Shown piece by piece: positions 48,758 to 59,276 of a stretch of 64,000 nucleotides of DNA. Source of the stretch: Candidatus Latescibacterota bacterium (GTDB lineage: Bacteria; Latescibacterota; UBA2968); NCBI GenBank assembly GCA_965204375.1, contig OZ241986.1, positions 1,024,001-1,088,000 of the forward strand, given 5' to 3'. The notes beneath the pieces are model-generated. The model was not told the DNA's origin and did not search any database. It was given only the letters and a program-made list of their open reading frames with translations. Each line of letters opens with the position of its first letter. Position 1 is the first letter of the stretch. Both the position numbers and the translations under genes were made by a program.

Positions 48758-49448
48758 GCAATTTATGCGCAAAAATGGCATTGTTATTGCGATTGATGGC
48801 CCGGCAGGTGCTGGGAAGAGTACAACTGCACGGCGCGTTGCAGATCAGATGGGGTACCTGTATCTGGATACCGGGGCGATGTATCGCGCCGTGGGGCTGG
48901 CGGTCCTGCAACAGGGTGTTGATCCCGATGATGCCGATGGCGTAACCGCAGTGTGTCGTGCGCTCGATATCGCATTTGAAACGAGAGATGGGCAGTTGCA
49001 AACCTTGCTCAATGGAAGAAATATATCCGATGCAATTCGCTCATCTGAAATTTCGCAGGCTGCGTCTCGCGTAGCTGTCCATCCAGGGGTGCGCGATGTG
49101 CTCGTTGCATTACAGCGGGCCATGGGGAGAGATGGAGGTATTGTTTTAGAAGGTAGAGATACTGGGACTGCTATTTTTCCGGATGCGGAATTGAAAATTT
49201 TTCTCGTCGCCGATCCCGTCGAACGCGCGCGGCGACGACTCAGAGACTTGAAAAAAAGGGGCGAATCTGCTGTGTTTGAGTCGCTGTTGGACGAGATTCG
49301 CATTCGGGATATCCGCGACCGGCAAACGCAGTTGCAACGCGGCGCGTGGCCCGCGCCTGATGCCGTGTGTATAGATACCACAGAATTGTCAATCGCAGAA
49401 CAAGTGGATCGGATTGTTGCTCTTGCCCACAGGCAAAATAGGGCGTGA
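48747..49448 (+). CDS. cmk: Cytidylate kinase
   Basis: IAIDGPAGAGKST, LDTGAMYR and EGRD motifs. Confidence 0.95.
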   Translation: MNNEQFMRKNGIVIAIDGPAGAGKSTTARRVADQMGYLYLDTGAMYRAVGLAVLQQGVDPDDADGVTAVCRALDIAFETRDGQLQTLLNGRNISDAIRSSEISQAASRVAVHPGVRDVLVALQRAMGRDGGIVLEGRDTGTAIFPDAELKIFLVADPVERARRRLRDLKKRGESAVFESLLDEIRIRDIRDRQTQLQRGAWPAPDAVCIDTTELSIAEQVDRIVALAHRQNRA

Positions 49449-50113
49449 ACGATAAATGGATGATATCGATGACTTTTTATCGCTTTTGCTGGTGGCTGGC
49501 CTACGGGCTGGTCGTTGTTCTCTTTCGGTTACGGGTCGAAGGGCGGCGTCACATACCCCAGTCGGGTGCGTTAATTTTGGCTTCTAACCATTGTTCTAAC
49601 GTCGATCCCGTTATTATTGGAGTTGCGGCAGGCCGCGAACTTTGGTATCTTGCTAAGGCTGAACTCTTTCCTATTCCATTGCTGGGAAAGTTGATTCACA
49701 GGTTGCACGCGATGCCCGTTGACAGAAGCCGTGGAGACCGCAGCGCATTTTTGGCCTGGACAAAAATTTTGCAGGACGGTAATCCCGTGCTCATTTTTCC
49801 AGAAGGTACGCGCAATAAGCGTCCCGAATTTCTGCGACCTCGACCAGGGGTTGGCATGCTGGTTTATCGCACTCAGGCACCTGTGATACCCGTATATATT
49901 TCGGGCACAGTCAATATCTGGAAAACGATGGTTGGGCTGGATCGGTTGCAGGTGCGATTTGGCAAGCCTATTTTGGGTTGTCCAGAACAATTGCCCGACA
50001 GGCGTCGCGACGCCTACAATTTTGTCACTCAGGAAGTGATGCGTCATCTCGCTGTTCTGAAGCGGATGCGGCGGAAAGCCGGCACGGTCGCACCCGCTTC
50101 CCACAATGGTTAA
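49445..50113 (+). CDS. plsC: 1-acyl-sn-glycerol-3-phosphate acyltransferase
   Basis: NHCSNVD and FPEGTR motifs. Confidence 0.9.
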   Translation: MNDKWMISMTFYRFCWWLAYGLVVVLFRLRVEGRRHIPQSGALILASNHCSNVDPVIIGVAAGRELWYLAKAELFPIPLLGKLIHRLHAMPVDRSRGDRSAFLAWTKILQDGNPVLIFPEGTRNKRPEFLRPRPGVGMLVYRTQAPVIPVYISGTVNIWKTMVGLDRLQVRFGKPILGCPEQLPDRRRDAYNFVTQEVMRHLAVLKRMRRKAGTVAPASHNG

Positions 50114-50205
50114 CCATAAGGTGTCGGCACGGTTTGATCGACGTTGTTCGTCGTTCTTTTTTTATTGTTTTGCGCGATTTTTTAGCGCGAAAGGAAATAT
50201 TTGGT

Positions 50206-52068
50206 ATGTCTGTTAATACCCTTTCCAAACCCACCCCTGAAGAAGCCCTGGCTGCACTGGATGAAAGCGAATATAGCGAGGCAGAATTTAATGAAATGAT
50301 GGAACTCTACGAAGAGACGTTAGAGACCATTAAGCAGGGCGAGATTGTTGTGGGTACTGTAAGGTCCATCCACGACGGAATCGTGGTGGTAGATATCGGT
50401 TTCAAGTCTGAAGGCGCGATTCCTCTCTCTGAGTTTGGCGACCCGCCAGCTATAGAGGAAGGCGATGAAATCGAGGTTTTTTTGGAGAGCATTGAAGATC
50501 AAGAAGGCCAGGTGGTACTGTCCAAGACTAAGGCTGACTTTATGCGGGTGTGGGATCGCATTAAAGATGCGTATGATAGCGATCAGATTGTAGAGGGTCG
50601 TTTGATGCGGCGAATCAAGGGGGGCATTGTGGTGGATCTTTTTGGCGTCGATGCTTTCTTGCCCGGCTCCCAAATTGACATCAAACAGGTCAAAAATTTT
50701 GATCAATTTCTCGGCAATGTGTACCCGTTCCGGATTATAAAGCTCAACAAAAACCGCCGAAATATTGTCATTTCTCGTCGCGTTGTTCTCGAAGAAGAAC
50801 GTTCCAGGCTGCGCAAACAGATTCTCGCCACATTGGAAGTGGGACAAGTGCGTCAGGGATCGGTCAAAAATATCACTGATTTTGGTGCGTTTATCGATCT
50901 GGGCGGTTTAGACGGGTTGTTGCACATTACGGATATTGCCTGGGGCAGGGTTGGGCATCCATCAGAGGTCTTGTCCATTGGCGAAGAAGTAGAAGTCAAG
51001 GTGCTCAATTACGATGAGAAGCGCGAGCGCATTTCTCTGGGTATGAAGCAATTACAAGACCATCCCTGGAAAGATGTCGAGGAAAAATATCCGGTTGATA
51101 ACAAGGTGATAGGCAAGGTTGTCAGCATTACGGATTACGGAGCTTTTGTCGAGTTGGAACAGGGTGTCGAAGGTTTGGTACACATTTCAGAAATGTCGTG
51201 GACACAGCATATTCGCCATCCTTCCAAGCTGGTCTCCATCGGCGATGAAGTTGAGGTTATGGTCCTGCGCGTTGACCAGGAAGGGCAAAAAATTTCGCTG
51301 GGCCTCAAGCAAGTGCAGCCCGATCCCTGGGAAGATCTCGACCAAAAATACCCCTCAGGTACACCTCTTCGAGGCATTGTACGCAATTTGACTAATTTTG
51401 GAGCTTTTGTCGAAATCGAAGAGGGGATCGACGGGTTGGTGCATATTTCCGATATGTCCTGGACCAAGCGCATTCGCCATCCGAGCGAGGTGATTAAAAA
51501 AGGCCAGGAACTGGATGTTATTGTGCTCAATATCGACAAAGAGCGCCGGCGCATTTCGCTGGGTCACAAACAGACCATTGAAAATCCCTGGGCGAAATTG
51601 GCTGTTACCTATGCGGTGGGCAATGCCGTAGAGGGTAATATTTCTCGCATTCTCGAACGCGGGGTGGTCGTTGACCTCGAAGGCCATGTTGAGGGATTTG
51701 TGCCGATCTCCCAACTGGGTATTGACGACCTTCAACGTCCCGATGAATATTTTGAGGAAGGCGATGAGATGCCGCTGAAAGTCGTGGAGTTTGACGAAGA
51801 CCAAAAGAAAATTGTGTTGAGCGTGCGAGAGCGTTTGCGCGATGCCGATCAAGATGAAATCGACGCTTTTCTGGCGGCACATCCTCGACGTGAAGGCGCA
51901 GAAGTAGCAGTGGAAGCTGAAGTAGCCGAAGAAGAAGTCGAGGTAGAAGAAGTGGAAGGTGCAGTGGAAGTTGAAACTGAAGCAGAAACCGAAACAGCCG
52001 AGGCAGAAGCAGAAGTAGAAGCTGAGGCAAAATCTGAGGATGAGTCACAGAGCAGTAAAGAGGCGTAA
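50206..52068 (+). CDS. rpsA: 30S ribosomal protein S1 with acidic tail
   Basis: Six S1 repeats (DIGFKSEG, FGAFIDL, GLVHIS); AAAGGA RBS before ATG 50206. Confidence 0.97.
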   Translation: MSVNTLSKPTPEEALAALDESEYSEAEFNEMMELYEETLETIKQGEIVVGTVRSIHDGIVVVDIGFKSEGAIPLSEFGDPPAIEEGDEIEVFLESIEDQEGQVVLSKTKADFMRVWDRIKDAYDSDQIVEGRLMRRIKGGIVVDLFGVDAFLPGSQIDIKQVKNFDQFLGNVYPFRIIKLNKNRRNIVISRRVVLEEERSRLRKQILATLEVGQVRQGSVKNITDFGAFIDLGGLDGLLHITDIAWGRVGHPSEVLSIGEEVEVKVLNYDEKRERISLGMKQLQDHPWKDVEEKYPVDNKVIGKVVSITDYGAFVELEQGVEGLVHISEMSWTQHIRHPSKLVSIGDEVEVMVLRVDQEGQKISLGLKQVQPDPWEDLDQKYPSGTPLRGIVRNLTNFGAFVEIEEGIDGLVHISDMSWTKRIRHPSEVIKKGQELDVIVLNIDKERRRISLGHKQTIENPWAKLAVTYAVGNAVEGNISRILERGVVVDLEGHVEGFVPISQLGIDDLQRPDEYFEEGDEMPLKVVEFDEDQKKIVLSVRERLRDADQDEIDAFLAAHPRREGAEVAVEAEVAEEEVEVEEVEGAVEVETEAETETAEAEAEVEAEAKSEDESQSSKEA

Positions 52069-52149
52069 GATTGCTCAGATCTTTATGGCGGTTGCAAAGC
52101 GTTGGGGCATATCGCCTCAACGCTTTGTTTTTTCAAATGGCTGATTTTT

Positions 52150-53505
52150 ATGCGAGATCAAAAGACAGTTGCGTTTTATACGCTGGGTTGTAAGCTCAAT
52201 ACCTATGACACGCAGTGGTATGCCGAGCAGTTTGTGGCGCAGGATTATCGCGAGGTGCCATTTGGCGAGTTGGCAGATGTTACTGTGGTTAATACCTGCA
52301 CTGTGACCGGTCAAGGGGATGCGCAGTCGCGCAAGGCATTGCGCAGAGCACATCGGATTTCGCCCACAGGTACCGTGGTTGCGGTGGGGTGTTATGCACA
52401 AACCGATCCAGATGCCCTATCTGCAATGCCCGAAGTCGATCTGGTGGTCGGAACAGCTGAGCGGGCGCAACTTCTGGATTTGGTAAATAATACCTGTTCT
52501 TTGGGGCGCACATTCGTGACGCGCAGTCGCGCGGCTGATTTCCAGGATATGGATATTTACAATTTTGGAGGACGCGCCCGGGCTTTTGTCAAAATTCAGG
52601 AAGGATGCAATGAATTTTGTTCGTTTTGCATTATTCCGTTTGCGCGTGGGCGCAGTCGCAGTCGCACGATTGAGAGTACCGTATCGCAGGTCGAGAAATT
52701 GGTATCAGCGGGCTATCGAGAGGTGGTTCTGACGGGGGTGCATATTGGCGATTACGGCGTGGATTTAGAGGCACGCGATTTGTTGCAGGTGCTGGAGGCT
52801 ATTGAGGGGATCAAAGGATTGGAGCGTTTTCGCGTGAGTTCTATTGAAGCCACTTTTGTGACCGATGCCATGATCGCATTTTTTGCGTCGAGCCAGAAAT
52901 TTTGCAGACATTTGCACATTCCATTGCAAAGCGGTGATAATGGCGTGTTGAAGGCAATGCGCCGCCCCTATACGCGGGAGCAGTATATCGCGCTGATTGA
53001 AAAACTCGCGGATCGGATTCCCGATGTGGGCATTGGCGGGGATGTGATGGTGGGTTTTCCCGGTGAGTCGGATGAGGCATTTCAAAATACGCGCGATTTG
53101 ATTGCCAATCATCCCATGACGTATTTGCATGTATTTCCGTATTCGCCTCGGGGGAAAACGCCTGCAGCGCGCATGACAAATCAGGTTGATTCTCAGGTGA
53201 AAAAGCAACGCGGCGCAATACTTCGCGAATTGGGGCAGCAAAAGGTGGCGGCATTTCAAGCGGGGTTTATTGGGCGCATATTGCCCGTACTTTTTGAAAA
53301 TCGCCGCAATGGGCAGCTTTTACAGGGGTTGACCGATAATTATATCCGCGTGGTTGCGCCCGCTCCAGATGCCGCGTGCGAAGAGATTGTAGATGTGCGT
53401 TTGCAGCGGGTTGAAGACGATGTGGTCGTCGGAGAATTGGCGGGTTTCGAGCGCGAAATAGTACAGCATCACGCGCGGGAGTTGTTGCAGGTGCAAAGTG
53501 CATAA
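52150..53505 (+). CDS. mtaB: tRNA methylthiotransferase MtaB
   Basis: TLGCKLN, NTCTVT, CNEFCSFC and HVFPYS.R motifs. Confidence 0.9.
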   Translation: MRDQKTVAFYTLGCKLNTYDTQWYAEQFVAQDYREVPFGELADVTVVNTCTVTGQGDAQSRKALRRAHRISPTGTVVAVGCYAQTDPDALSAMPEVDLVVGTAERAQLLDLVNNTCSLGRTFVTRSRAADFQDMDIYNFGGRARAFVKIQEGCNEFCSFCIIPFARGRSRSRTIESTVSQVEKLVSAGYREVVLTGVHIGDYGVDLEARDLLQVLEAIEGIKGLERFRVSSIEATFVTDAMIAFFASSQKFCRHLHIPLQSGDNGVLKAMRRPYTREQYIALIEKLADRIPDVGIGGDVMVGFPGESDEAFQNTRDLIANHPMTYLHVFPYSPRGKTPAARMTNQVDSQVKKQRGAILRELGQQKVAAFQAGFIGRILPVLFENRRNGQLLQGLTDNYIRVVAPAPDAACEEIVDVRLQRVEDDVVVGELAGFEREIVQHHARELLQVQSA

Positions 53506-53523
53506 ACAGCGAGATCTGGATAG

Positions 53524-53561
53524 AAAAGGCCGATTCCGAAGGGAATTGGTCTTTTTTTTTT
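53524..53561 (+). terminator. Intrinsic terminator
   Basis: AAAAGGCCGATTCC-GAAG-GGAATTGGTC followed by a long T tract. Confidence 0.8.
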
Positions 53562-53664
53562 CGAAATTCTGAGTATATTCGAAGAGAAAGAATTTTTGCA
53601 TTTTTTAAAGGCGGTCAAGGTTGGTATGTGTTGGCGCAACGTAGCAAAATAAAGGAGTGAGATT

Positions 53665-54231
53665 ATGTCTTTTGACACAGGTGATTATGGCGGTGTTTTT
53701 GCGGAATTGATTTCCGAAAAGCGATTGAATCCACTGGATGGCGGCGAAGAGAATACCGCGGCGAAAAGCGCGCTCGACGCACTGGCTGTGCAGTCTGCTT
53801 TTGCTGGCAAAACAGTGGTAGATGAAGATATGGCACAGGCCTGTATTTCCGGTATGTGGCTGTATCACAACTTTTTAGATGCGTCTCACACCATCAGTCA
53901 GGGCATTCATACGGCGACAGGAAGTTATTGGCACGGTATCATGCACCGCCGCGAACCCGATTTTTCCAATTCAAAATACTGGTTTGGCAAAGTGGGCAAC
54001 CACGCCATTTTTGACGATTTGTGCAAGGCTGCGGCTCGCATTGCGGGTGGTGTTTCCGGTGCGCCAGAGTTTTTGACGACGCAAGCACATTGGGATGCAG
54101 GTGCCTATGTTGATCTGTGTGCAGATGCTCTGGAAGGGCGTTCTGCACACGACGCGCTTTGCCGCGAGATCCAACTGTGCGAATGGGAATTGTTATTTGA
54201 TTATTCGTATCGAAAAGCGGTTGGGGAATGA
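53665..54231 (+). CDS. Conserved hypothetical protein
   Basis: AAGGAG RBS; SH.ISQ and YWHGIMHRREPDFSNSKYW motif. Confidence 0.8.
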   Translation: MSFDTGDYGGVFAELISEKRLNPLDGGEENTAAKSALDALAVQSAFAGKTVVDEDMAQACISGMWLYHNFLDASHTISQGIHTATGSYWHGIMHRREPDFSNSKYWFGKVGNHAIFDDLCKAAARIAGGVSGAPEFLTTQAHWDAGAYVDLCADALEGRSAHDALCREIQLCEWELLFDYSYRKAVGE

Positions 54232-54252
54232 GTAGTCTTTAGAGGATTTGGG

Positions 54253-56877
54253 ATGGCGACGCAATTGACACCGGCAATGGAACAGTACGCGCATTTTAAG
54301 GAGCAACATCCAGATGCGATTTTGCTGTTTCGGATGGGCGATTTTTACGAGACATTTTACGATGATGCCGTTGTTGCATCTCAGCTTTTGGGATTGACGT
54401 TGACGTCGCGCAACAATGGACGTGCAGATCGCATCCCGCTGGCAGGTGTACCGTATCACGCGCTGGACACCTATCTCGCAAGGCTTATCAGAGCCGGAAA
54501 AAAGGTGGCGATTTGCGAGCAGATGGAGCCGCCTCAAAAGGGCAAAAAAGTGGTGCGCCGCGAGGTGGTGCAGGTCGTATCGCCGGGAACGGTAATGTCC
54601 GATGATTTGCTCGATCAAAAGCGCAATAATTATCTCGTGGGCATTTTTGTTTCCGGCGATCAATTGGGCCTGGCAACAGCGGATTTATCAACGGGGATGT
54701 TCAGGGCATCGGAGCGCGCGGCAGATGATTTGTGGGAGATATTGGAACGCGTGGCTCCCGCAGAGGTGCTGGCACCCGAGGCGTGGGTCAAAGACAACGA
54801 AGCCGAGTTTGAAGCGCGGATGCCGGGTGCTTTGCTCACGCATATAGAAGATTGGCACTTCGGCCAGCACTATGCGTACGATGCATTGAAGGAACATTTT
54901 AAGGTGGCGTCTCTCAAGGGCTTTGGGTGCGATGATCTCACCGTTGGGATATGCGCTGCAGGTGGGGTGCTGTGTTATTTGCGCGAAAATCAGAAGGGAG
55001 CCGTATCCCACATCACGCGATTGGCGCGGGAGCACACCGAGTCGGTGATGGAGCTGGATCTGGTGACACAGCGCAATCTGGAACTGGTGACAACGATTCA
55101 AGAGGGACGGCGCGAGGGCACGTTGTTTGGGGTTTTAGATCAGACGTGTACGCCACAGGGCGCGCGAACACTGCGTACATGGCTATCACAGCCGCTTGTA
55201 GATGTTGGTCGCATTGACGCGCGTTTAGACGCCGTGCAAGCATTTTTCGAATCTGCGGCGTGTCGGGACGAAGCTCGAGAGGCCCTGCGCCACATTGGAG
55301 ACCTGGAGCGGTTGATGTCCCGAATTTGTTGCAATCGGGCCAATCCGCGAGAGCTTGTGGCTCTCCAGCGGTCTCTGGAAGCGGTTGTTCCACTGCGAGA
55401 AACCCTGCGTGAGTTTCGCGAGGATTTGCTGGTGCGGGCGCGCGATCAGGGCATGCCGGACCTGACAGAGTTGATTGATTTGATCGCTCGCACGCTTGAA
55501 GACGATCCACCAGCACAGATTAGCGATGGCGGATATATCAGAACGGGCTATCACAAAGAACTGGACGAATTGCGGGAAATTGCATCGGGCGGGCGCGATT
55601 GGGTTGCCAACTTGCAGGCAGAGGAACGCGAGAAAACGGGTATCGCGTCGTTGAAGGTGGGGTATAATAAGGCATTTGGATATTATATCGAGGTCACCAA
55701 AGCCAATCAGGACAAGGTGCCCGCGTATTTTGTGCGCAAGCAAACGCTGGTCAATGCCGAGCGGTATATCACGCCGGAGTTGAAGGATTGGGAAGCGAAA
55801 ATTTTGGGCGCAGATGAGCGGGCCAGGGATCTCGAGCGCGATTTGTTTGCCGCGTTGCGCGAAGAGGTGGCTGGCTGGGTGGAACCCGTGCAGCGCACGG
55901 CGCTATCCGTGGCCACCGTAGATGTGTTGAGCACTCTGGCCGAGGTGGCGTCGTCCAATGATTATGTGCGTCCCCAGGTGGATGATAGCGTGCGTATTGA
56001 TGTGGAAGAAGGGCGACATCCCGCGGTTGAGCAGTTGCTTCCGGGCGGGCAGTTTGTGCCCAATGATCTGATGATTGATGGCGAGAAAGATCAAATTTTG
56101 CTGATTACTGGCCCAAATATGTCGGGAAAATCGACGATTTTGCGTCAGACCGGGTTGATTGCGCTTTTGGCGCAGGTCGGCAGTTTTGTGCCTGCGCGCG
56201 AAGCGCGTATCGGGGTGGTGGATCGCATTTTTACACGGGTGGGTGCATCCGATAATCTGGCGCGGGGCGAGAGTACATTTTTGGTGGAGATGAATGAGGC
56301 GGCGAATATTTTGAACAATGCGACGCCGAAGAGTCTGGTGCTTTTGGACGAGATTGGACGCGGGACGAGTACGTTTGATGGGTTGAGCATTGCCTGGGCC
56401 ATGACGGAGTATTTACACAATGCCGAACAGATTCAGCCGCGGACGTTGTTTGCGACGCATTATCACGAGTTGACAGAATTGGAGGATTTGCTGCCGAGGG
56501 TGGTGAATTACAGCGTTGCCGTGCGCGAGGCGGGCGATACTATCGCGTTTTTACACAAGTTGGTGCCGGGCGGGTGCGACCACAGTTACGGCATTGAGGT
56601 GGCGCGTCTGGCAGGGATGCCGGCAGAGATGATTGCGCGTGCAAAGGAGATTTTGAACCGGCTGGAGCAAAACGATCTGTCGGTGGGATCAAAGCCCCAA
56701 CCTGACCGCGTGAAGGAGAATGGGCAGATGCCTCTGTTTGCGCCGGTAGCAGAAGTGAAGGTTGAGCAGAAGGACCACCCGATGTTGTCTGAGTTGCGCG
56801 ATTTAGACATTGCCCGTCTCACACCAGTTGAGGCGCTGGTAAAATTAGATGCGTGGAAGCGGACGTTGGAAGATTGA
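54253..56877 (+). CDS. mutS: DNA mismatch repair protein MutS
   Basis: GDFYE, TGPNMSGKS, STFLVEM, DEIGRGTST and FATHYHEL motifs. Confidence 0.98.
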   Translation: MATQLTPAMEQYAHFKEQHPDAILLFRMGDFYETFYDDAVVASQLLGLTLTSRNNGRADRIPLAGVPYHALDTYLARLIRAGKKVAICEQMEPPQKGKKVVRREVVQVVSPGTVMSDDLLDQKRNNYLVGIFVSGDQLGLATADLSTGMFRASERAADDLWEILERVAPAEVLAPEAWVKDNEAEFEARMPGALLTHIEDWHFGQHYAYDALKEHFKVASLKGFGCDDLTVGICAAGGVLCYLRENQKGAVSHITRLAREHTESVMELDLVTQRNLELVTTIQEGRREGTLFGVLDQTCTPQGARTLRTWLSQPLVDVGRIDARLDAVQAFFESAACRDEAREALRHIGDLERLMSRICCNRANPRELVALQRSLEAVVPLRETLREFREDLLVRARDQGMPDLTELIDLIARTLEDDPPAQISDGGYIRTGYHKELDELREIASGGRDWVANLQAEEREKTGIASLKVGYNKAFGYYIEVTKANQDKVPAYFVRKQTLVNAERYITPELKDWEAKILGADERARDLERDLFAALREEVAGWVEPVQRTALSVATVDVLSTLAEVASSNDYVRPQVDDSVRIDVEEGRHPAVEQLLPGGQFVPNDLMIDGEKDQILLITGPNMSGKSTILRQTGLIALLAQVGSFVPAREARIGVVDRIFTRVGASDNLARGESTFLVEMNEAANILNNATPKSLVLLDEIGRGTSTFDGLSIAWAMTEYLHNAEQIQPRTLFATHYHELTELEDLLPRVVNYSVAVREAGDTIAFLHKLVPGGCDHSYGIEVARLAGMPAEMIARAKEILNRLEQNDLSVGSKPQPDRVKENGQMPLFAPVAEVKVEQKDHPMLSELRDLDIARLTPVEALVKLDAWKRTLED

Positions 56878-56896
56878 TTTGGAGATTGATGAAATG

Positions 56897-56927
56897 AAAA
56901 AAGGCCGATATATATCGGCCTTTTTTT
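56897..56927. terminator. Bidirectional terminator
   Basis: AAAAAAGGCCGATATATATCGGCCTTTTTTT between convergent genes. Confidence 0.85.
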
Positions 56928-56936
56928 ATTAACGGA

Positions 56937-57782
56937 CTATTCACCGCTAATCCCGTGTTCTTCGAACCAGGCTTTGAGGGGCGCGTCTTCGGGAGTGGGG
57001 GAGGTGTAGCCGCGACCACCGGAGTAGCTGACGCCGAGGAGTTGTTTTTGGATGGGCGTGCAGCGGTCGAGGTAGTGTTCGACTCGCATGTCGTCGCGGG
57101 GGCGAAGCCAGCGGTAAGAGTAGCCGTAGAAGAGTACGCGGCGGGGTTCCTTCCAGTAGTTGGTACTGGCGGAGTGCCATAAGCGGCGGTCGAAAAATAC
57201 GGCGGATCCGGGTGGGACGAGTACCGGGATAGCATCTTTGTGCGGGGCGTTGCGGTCTTCTCCGGGAAATGTGTTTTGCGTTTGGCTTTTGGGAAGGACG
57301 TAGAAATTGCCGCGACCCGGTTCCGTTGTGTCGGTGAGAAAAAAGCCGATTTTGAGGGAGATCATGGGACGCGGGTTCATGTCAAAATCCTGATTGATGC
57401 GACCGCTGTCTTGATGGAAACCGAGGCCAGGTCCGTCTTTTTCGAGTGTTTTGTTCGGTTCTGCAGGGGGTGTCACGGTCATGTGGGTGTGGTAGAGCTG
57501 GATGTGCCAGCCCAGGATGCCCCATACTTTGGGAAATGTTTTGTACCAGTCGAGCAGGGGCAAGAAGCGGTCATCCTTGCCTATGAAGTCGTAGTGGTTG
57601 ATGCGCGCTGTGGCACTTTTGCCCATCCGAGCGCGTTCTTCTTTATCCACGCGATCTACTGCGACGACGAGATCGCTGACCATGTCGGGTGGCAGGGCGT
57701 CAGGAACGATGAAATAGCCATCCCGTTTGAATTTGCGTGCTTCTTCTTCTGTCAGGCAATAATCGAGACATTTGGGGTCCAT
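56937..57782 (-). CDS. Phytanoyl-CoA dioxygenase family (2OG-Fe(II)) protein
   Basis: FKRDGYFIV, HQD and FDRRLWH motifs. Confidence 0.88.
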   Translation of the reverse strand: MDPKCLDYCLTEEEARKFKRDGYFIVPDALPPDMVSDLVVAVDRVDKEERARMGKSATARINHYDFIGKDDRFLPLLDWYKTFPKVWGILGWHIQLYHTHMTVTPPAEPNKTLEKDGPGLGFHQDSGRINQDFDMNPRPMISLKIGFFLTDTTEPGRGNFYVLPKSQTQNTFPGEDRNAPHKDAIPVLVPPGSAVFFDRRLWHSASTNYWKEPRRVLFYGYSYRWLRPRDDMRVEHYLDRCTPIQKQLLGVSYSGGRGYTSPTPEDAPLKAWFEEHGISGE

Positions 57783-57821
57783 TGTCTGGCTCCTTTTGAG
57801 ATTGGGAGGAAGAGCGTAATC

Positions 57822-58283
57822 TCACTTTTTTGTTTTACTGCGGCGCGTCAGTACATACCGATCTTCTGCGGCGCGATAATAACCTTTCACAAAGTTTCTC
57901 TCGCTAAATCCCCATTTTTCATACAGGGAAATAGCACTTTCATTTTCGGGATCTACGGTCAAAAAACAATCCACACCGATTTGATCGCAGGCGGCCAAAA
58001 TCGCGTCGAACAAAGCGGAACCAATGCCTTTGCCGCGAAAGGGATGATCCACAAATACTTTGTGCAAACAATACAGTCTGTCTGTCCCCGTGGGAAATGC
58101 CAGCACAGCACCGATCAGTTTTTCGCGCTCCCACGCACAAAATACCAGTGCGTGCTCTGTCCACAGTCGCCAGACGTGTTCTCCATCGGGAATGTACTCA
58201 GAATTCCGATTTTGTGCCCATGCTTCGCGATCCAATTTTGCGATTTCTAAAAAATCGCGCGTCTCGGCACGCTGAATATGCAT
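57822..58283 (-). CDS. GNAT acetyltransferase
   Basis: VDHPFRGKGIG and NESAISLYEKWGF motifs. Confidence 0.9.
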   Translation of the reverse strand: MHIQRAETRDFLEIAKLDREAWAQNRNSEYIPDGEHVWRLWTEHALVFCAWEREKLIGAVLAFPTGTDRLYCLHKVFVDHPFRGKGIGSALFDAILAACDQIGVDCFLTVDPENESAISLYEKWGFSERNFVKGYYRAAEDRYVLTRRSKTKK

Positions 58284-58388
58284 TTCAAATATCCTTGTGA
58301 ATAGCGGTTTGTACCTGTGTAGATATGGCGAAATGTTTGATGTGCGTCAAGTCATTTTCTCTGTCTTGGGGAAGATGCTTCAAAAGCA

Positions 58389-58416
58389 TTGACATTCTCA
58401 GTGCAAGTCCTATCTT
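58389..58416 (+). promoter_or_regulatory. Sigma70-type promoter
   Basis: TTGACA-16 bp-TATCTT upstream of the 58515 gene. Confidence 0.5.
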
Positions 58417-58514
58417 CAGAAGTGGTCGGCAATTATGAGTTCATCCACTTTCAGCTTTTGGCCCTTTGTTTTGCCGACCGATAGCGGCTAAGAGCTACTA
58501 ATCGGGAGATAAAA

Positions 58515-59276
58515 ATGAAGTTGGGTATTGTCACGTATCAAATCGCTGCGGATTGGGATGTTTCCACTATTATTGAAACCTGTGCCGAACTCGGTTATAG
58601 CGGTGTCGAATTGCGTACTACGCATGCTCACGGCGTTGAATCAGACCTTTCGGCGGGCCAACGGCAGGATATCCGCAAACAATTTGAAGATGGCGGTGTC
58701 GAAATCGCGGGTTTGGGTTCGGCGTTTGAATACCATTCGGATGATCCCGGTGTTGTGCGCGAAAATATCGATGGCACTATTGAATACGCCAAACTCGCCG
58801 CCGATCTGGGTTGCCCGGGCGTTAAGGTGCGCCCCAATGGCCTGCAAACCGAGAAGGGCATTTCGGTGGATCAAACACTCGAACAAATTGGGAAATCTGT
58901 GCGCGAATGCGCGATTGCCGCTGATGATCTGGGGGTACAAATCCGGGTGGAAGTACACGGGCGAGAAACGCAAAAGCCGGCGTATATGCGCACCATTATG
59001 GATTGGGCAGATCACGACAATGCAAAGATATGCTGGAACTCGAATTTAGGCGAAGTTGAAGATGGGTCTATCAAAGCCAATTTTGACCTGCTCAAACACA
59101 AAATCGGTCTGGTACACATCACCGAATTGTGCAATCCGGACTATCCCTGGCGCGAACTCTTTTCTCTTCTCAATGCCGAAGGCTATGCGGGATATACGCT
59201 GGCTGAAATCCCCGGTAGCTCAGATGCCGAGCGTCTGCTGCGATATTACAAGGCACTGTGGGAAGCGTATCAGTAG
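58515..59276 (+). CDS. Sugar phosphate isomerase/epimerase (xylose isomerase-like TIM barrel)
   Basis: GYSGVELR, VEVHG, CWN and VHI motifs. Confidence 0.85.
   Translation: MKLGIVTYQIAADWDVSTIIETCAELGYSGVELRTTHAHGVESDLSAGQRQDIRKQFEDGGVEIAGLGSAFEYHSDDPGVVRENIDGTIEYAKLAADLGCPGVKVRPNGLQTEKGISVDQTLEQIGKSVRECAIAADDLGVQIRVEVHGRETQKPAYMRTIMDWADHDNAKICWNSNLGEVEDGSIKANFDLLKHKIGLVHITELCNPDYPWRELFSLLNAEGYAGYTLAEIPGSSDAERLLRYYKALWEAYQ

Noticed and set aside
57240-58250. 336-aa plus-strand ORF
   Set aside because: Antisense shadow spanning two well-supported minus-strand genes.
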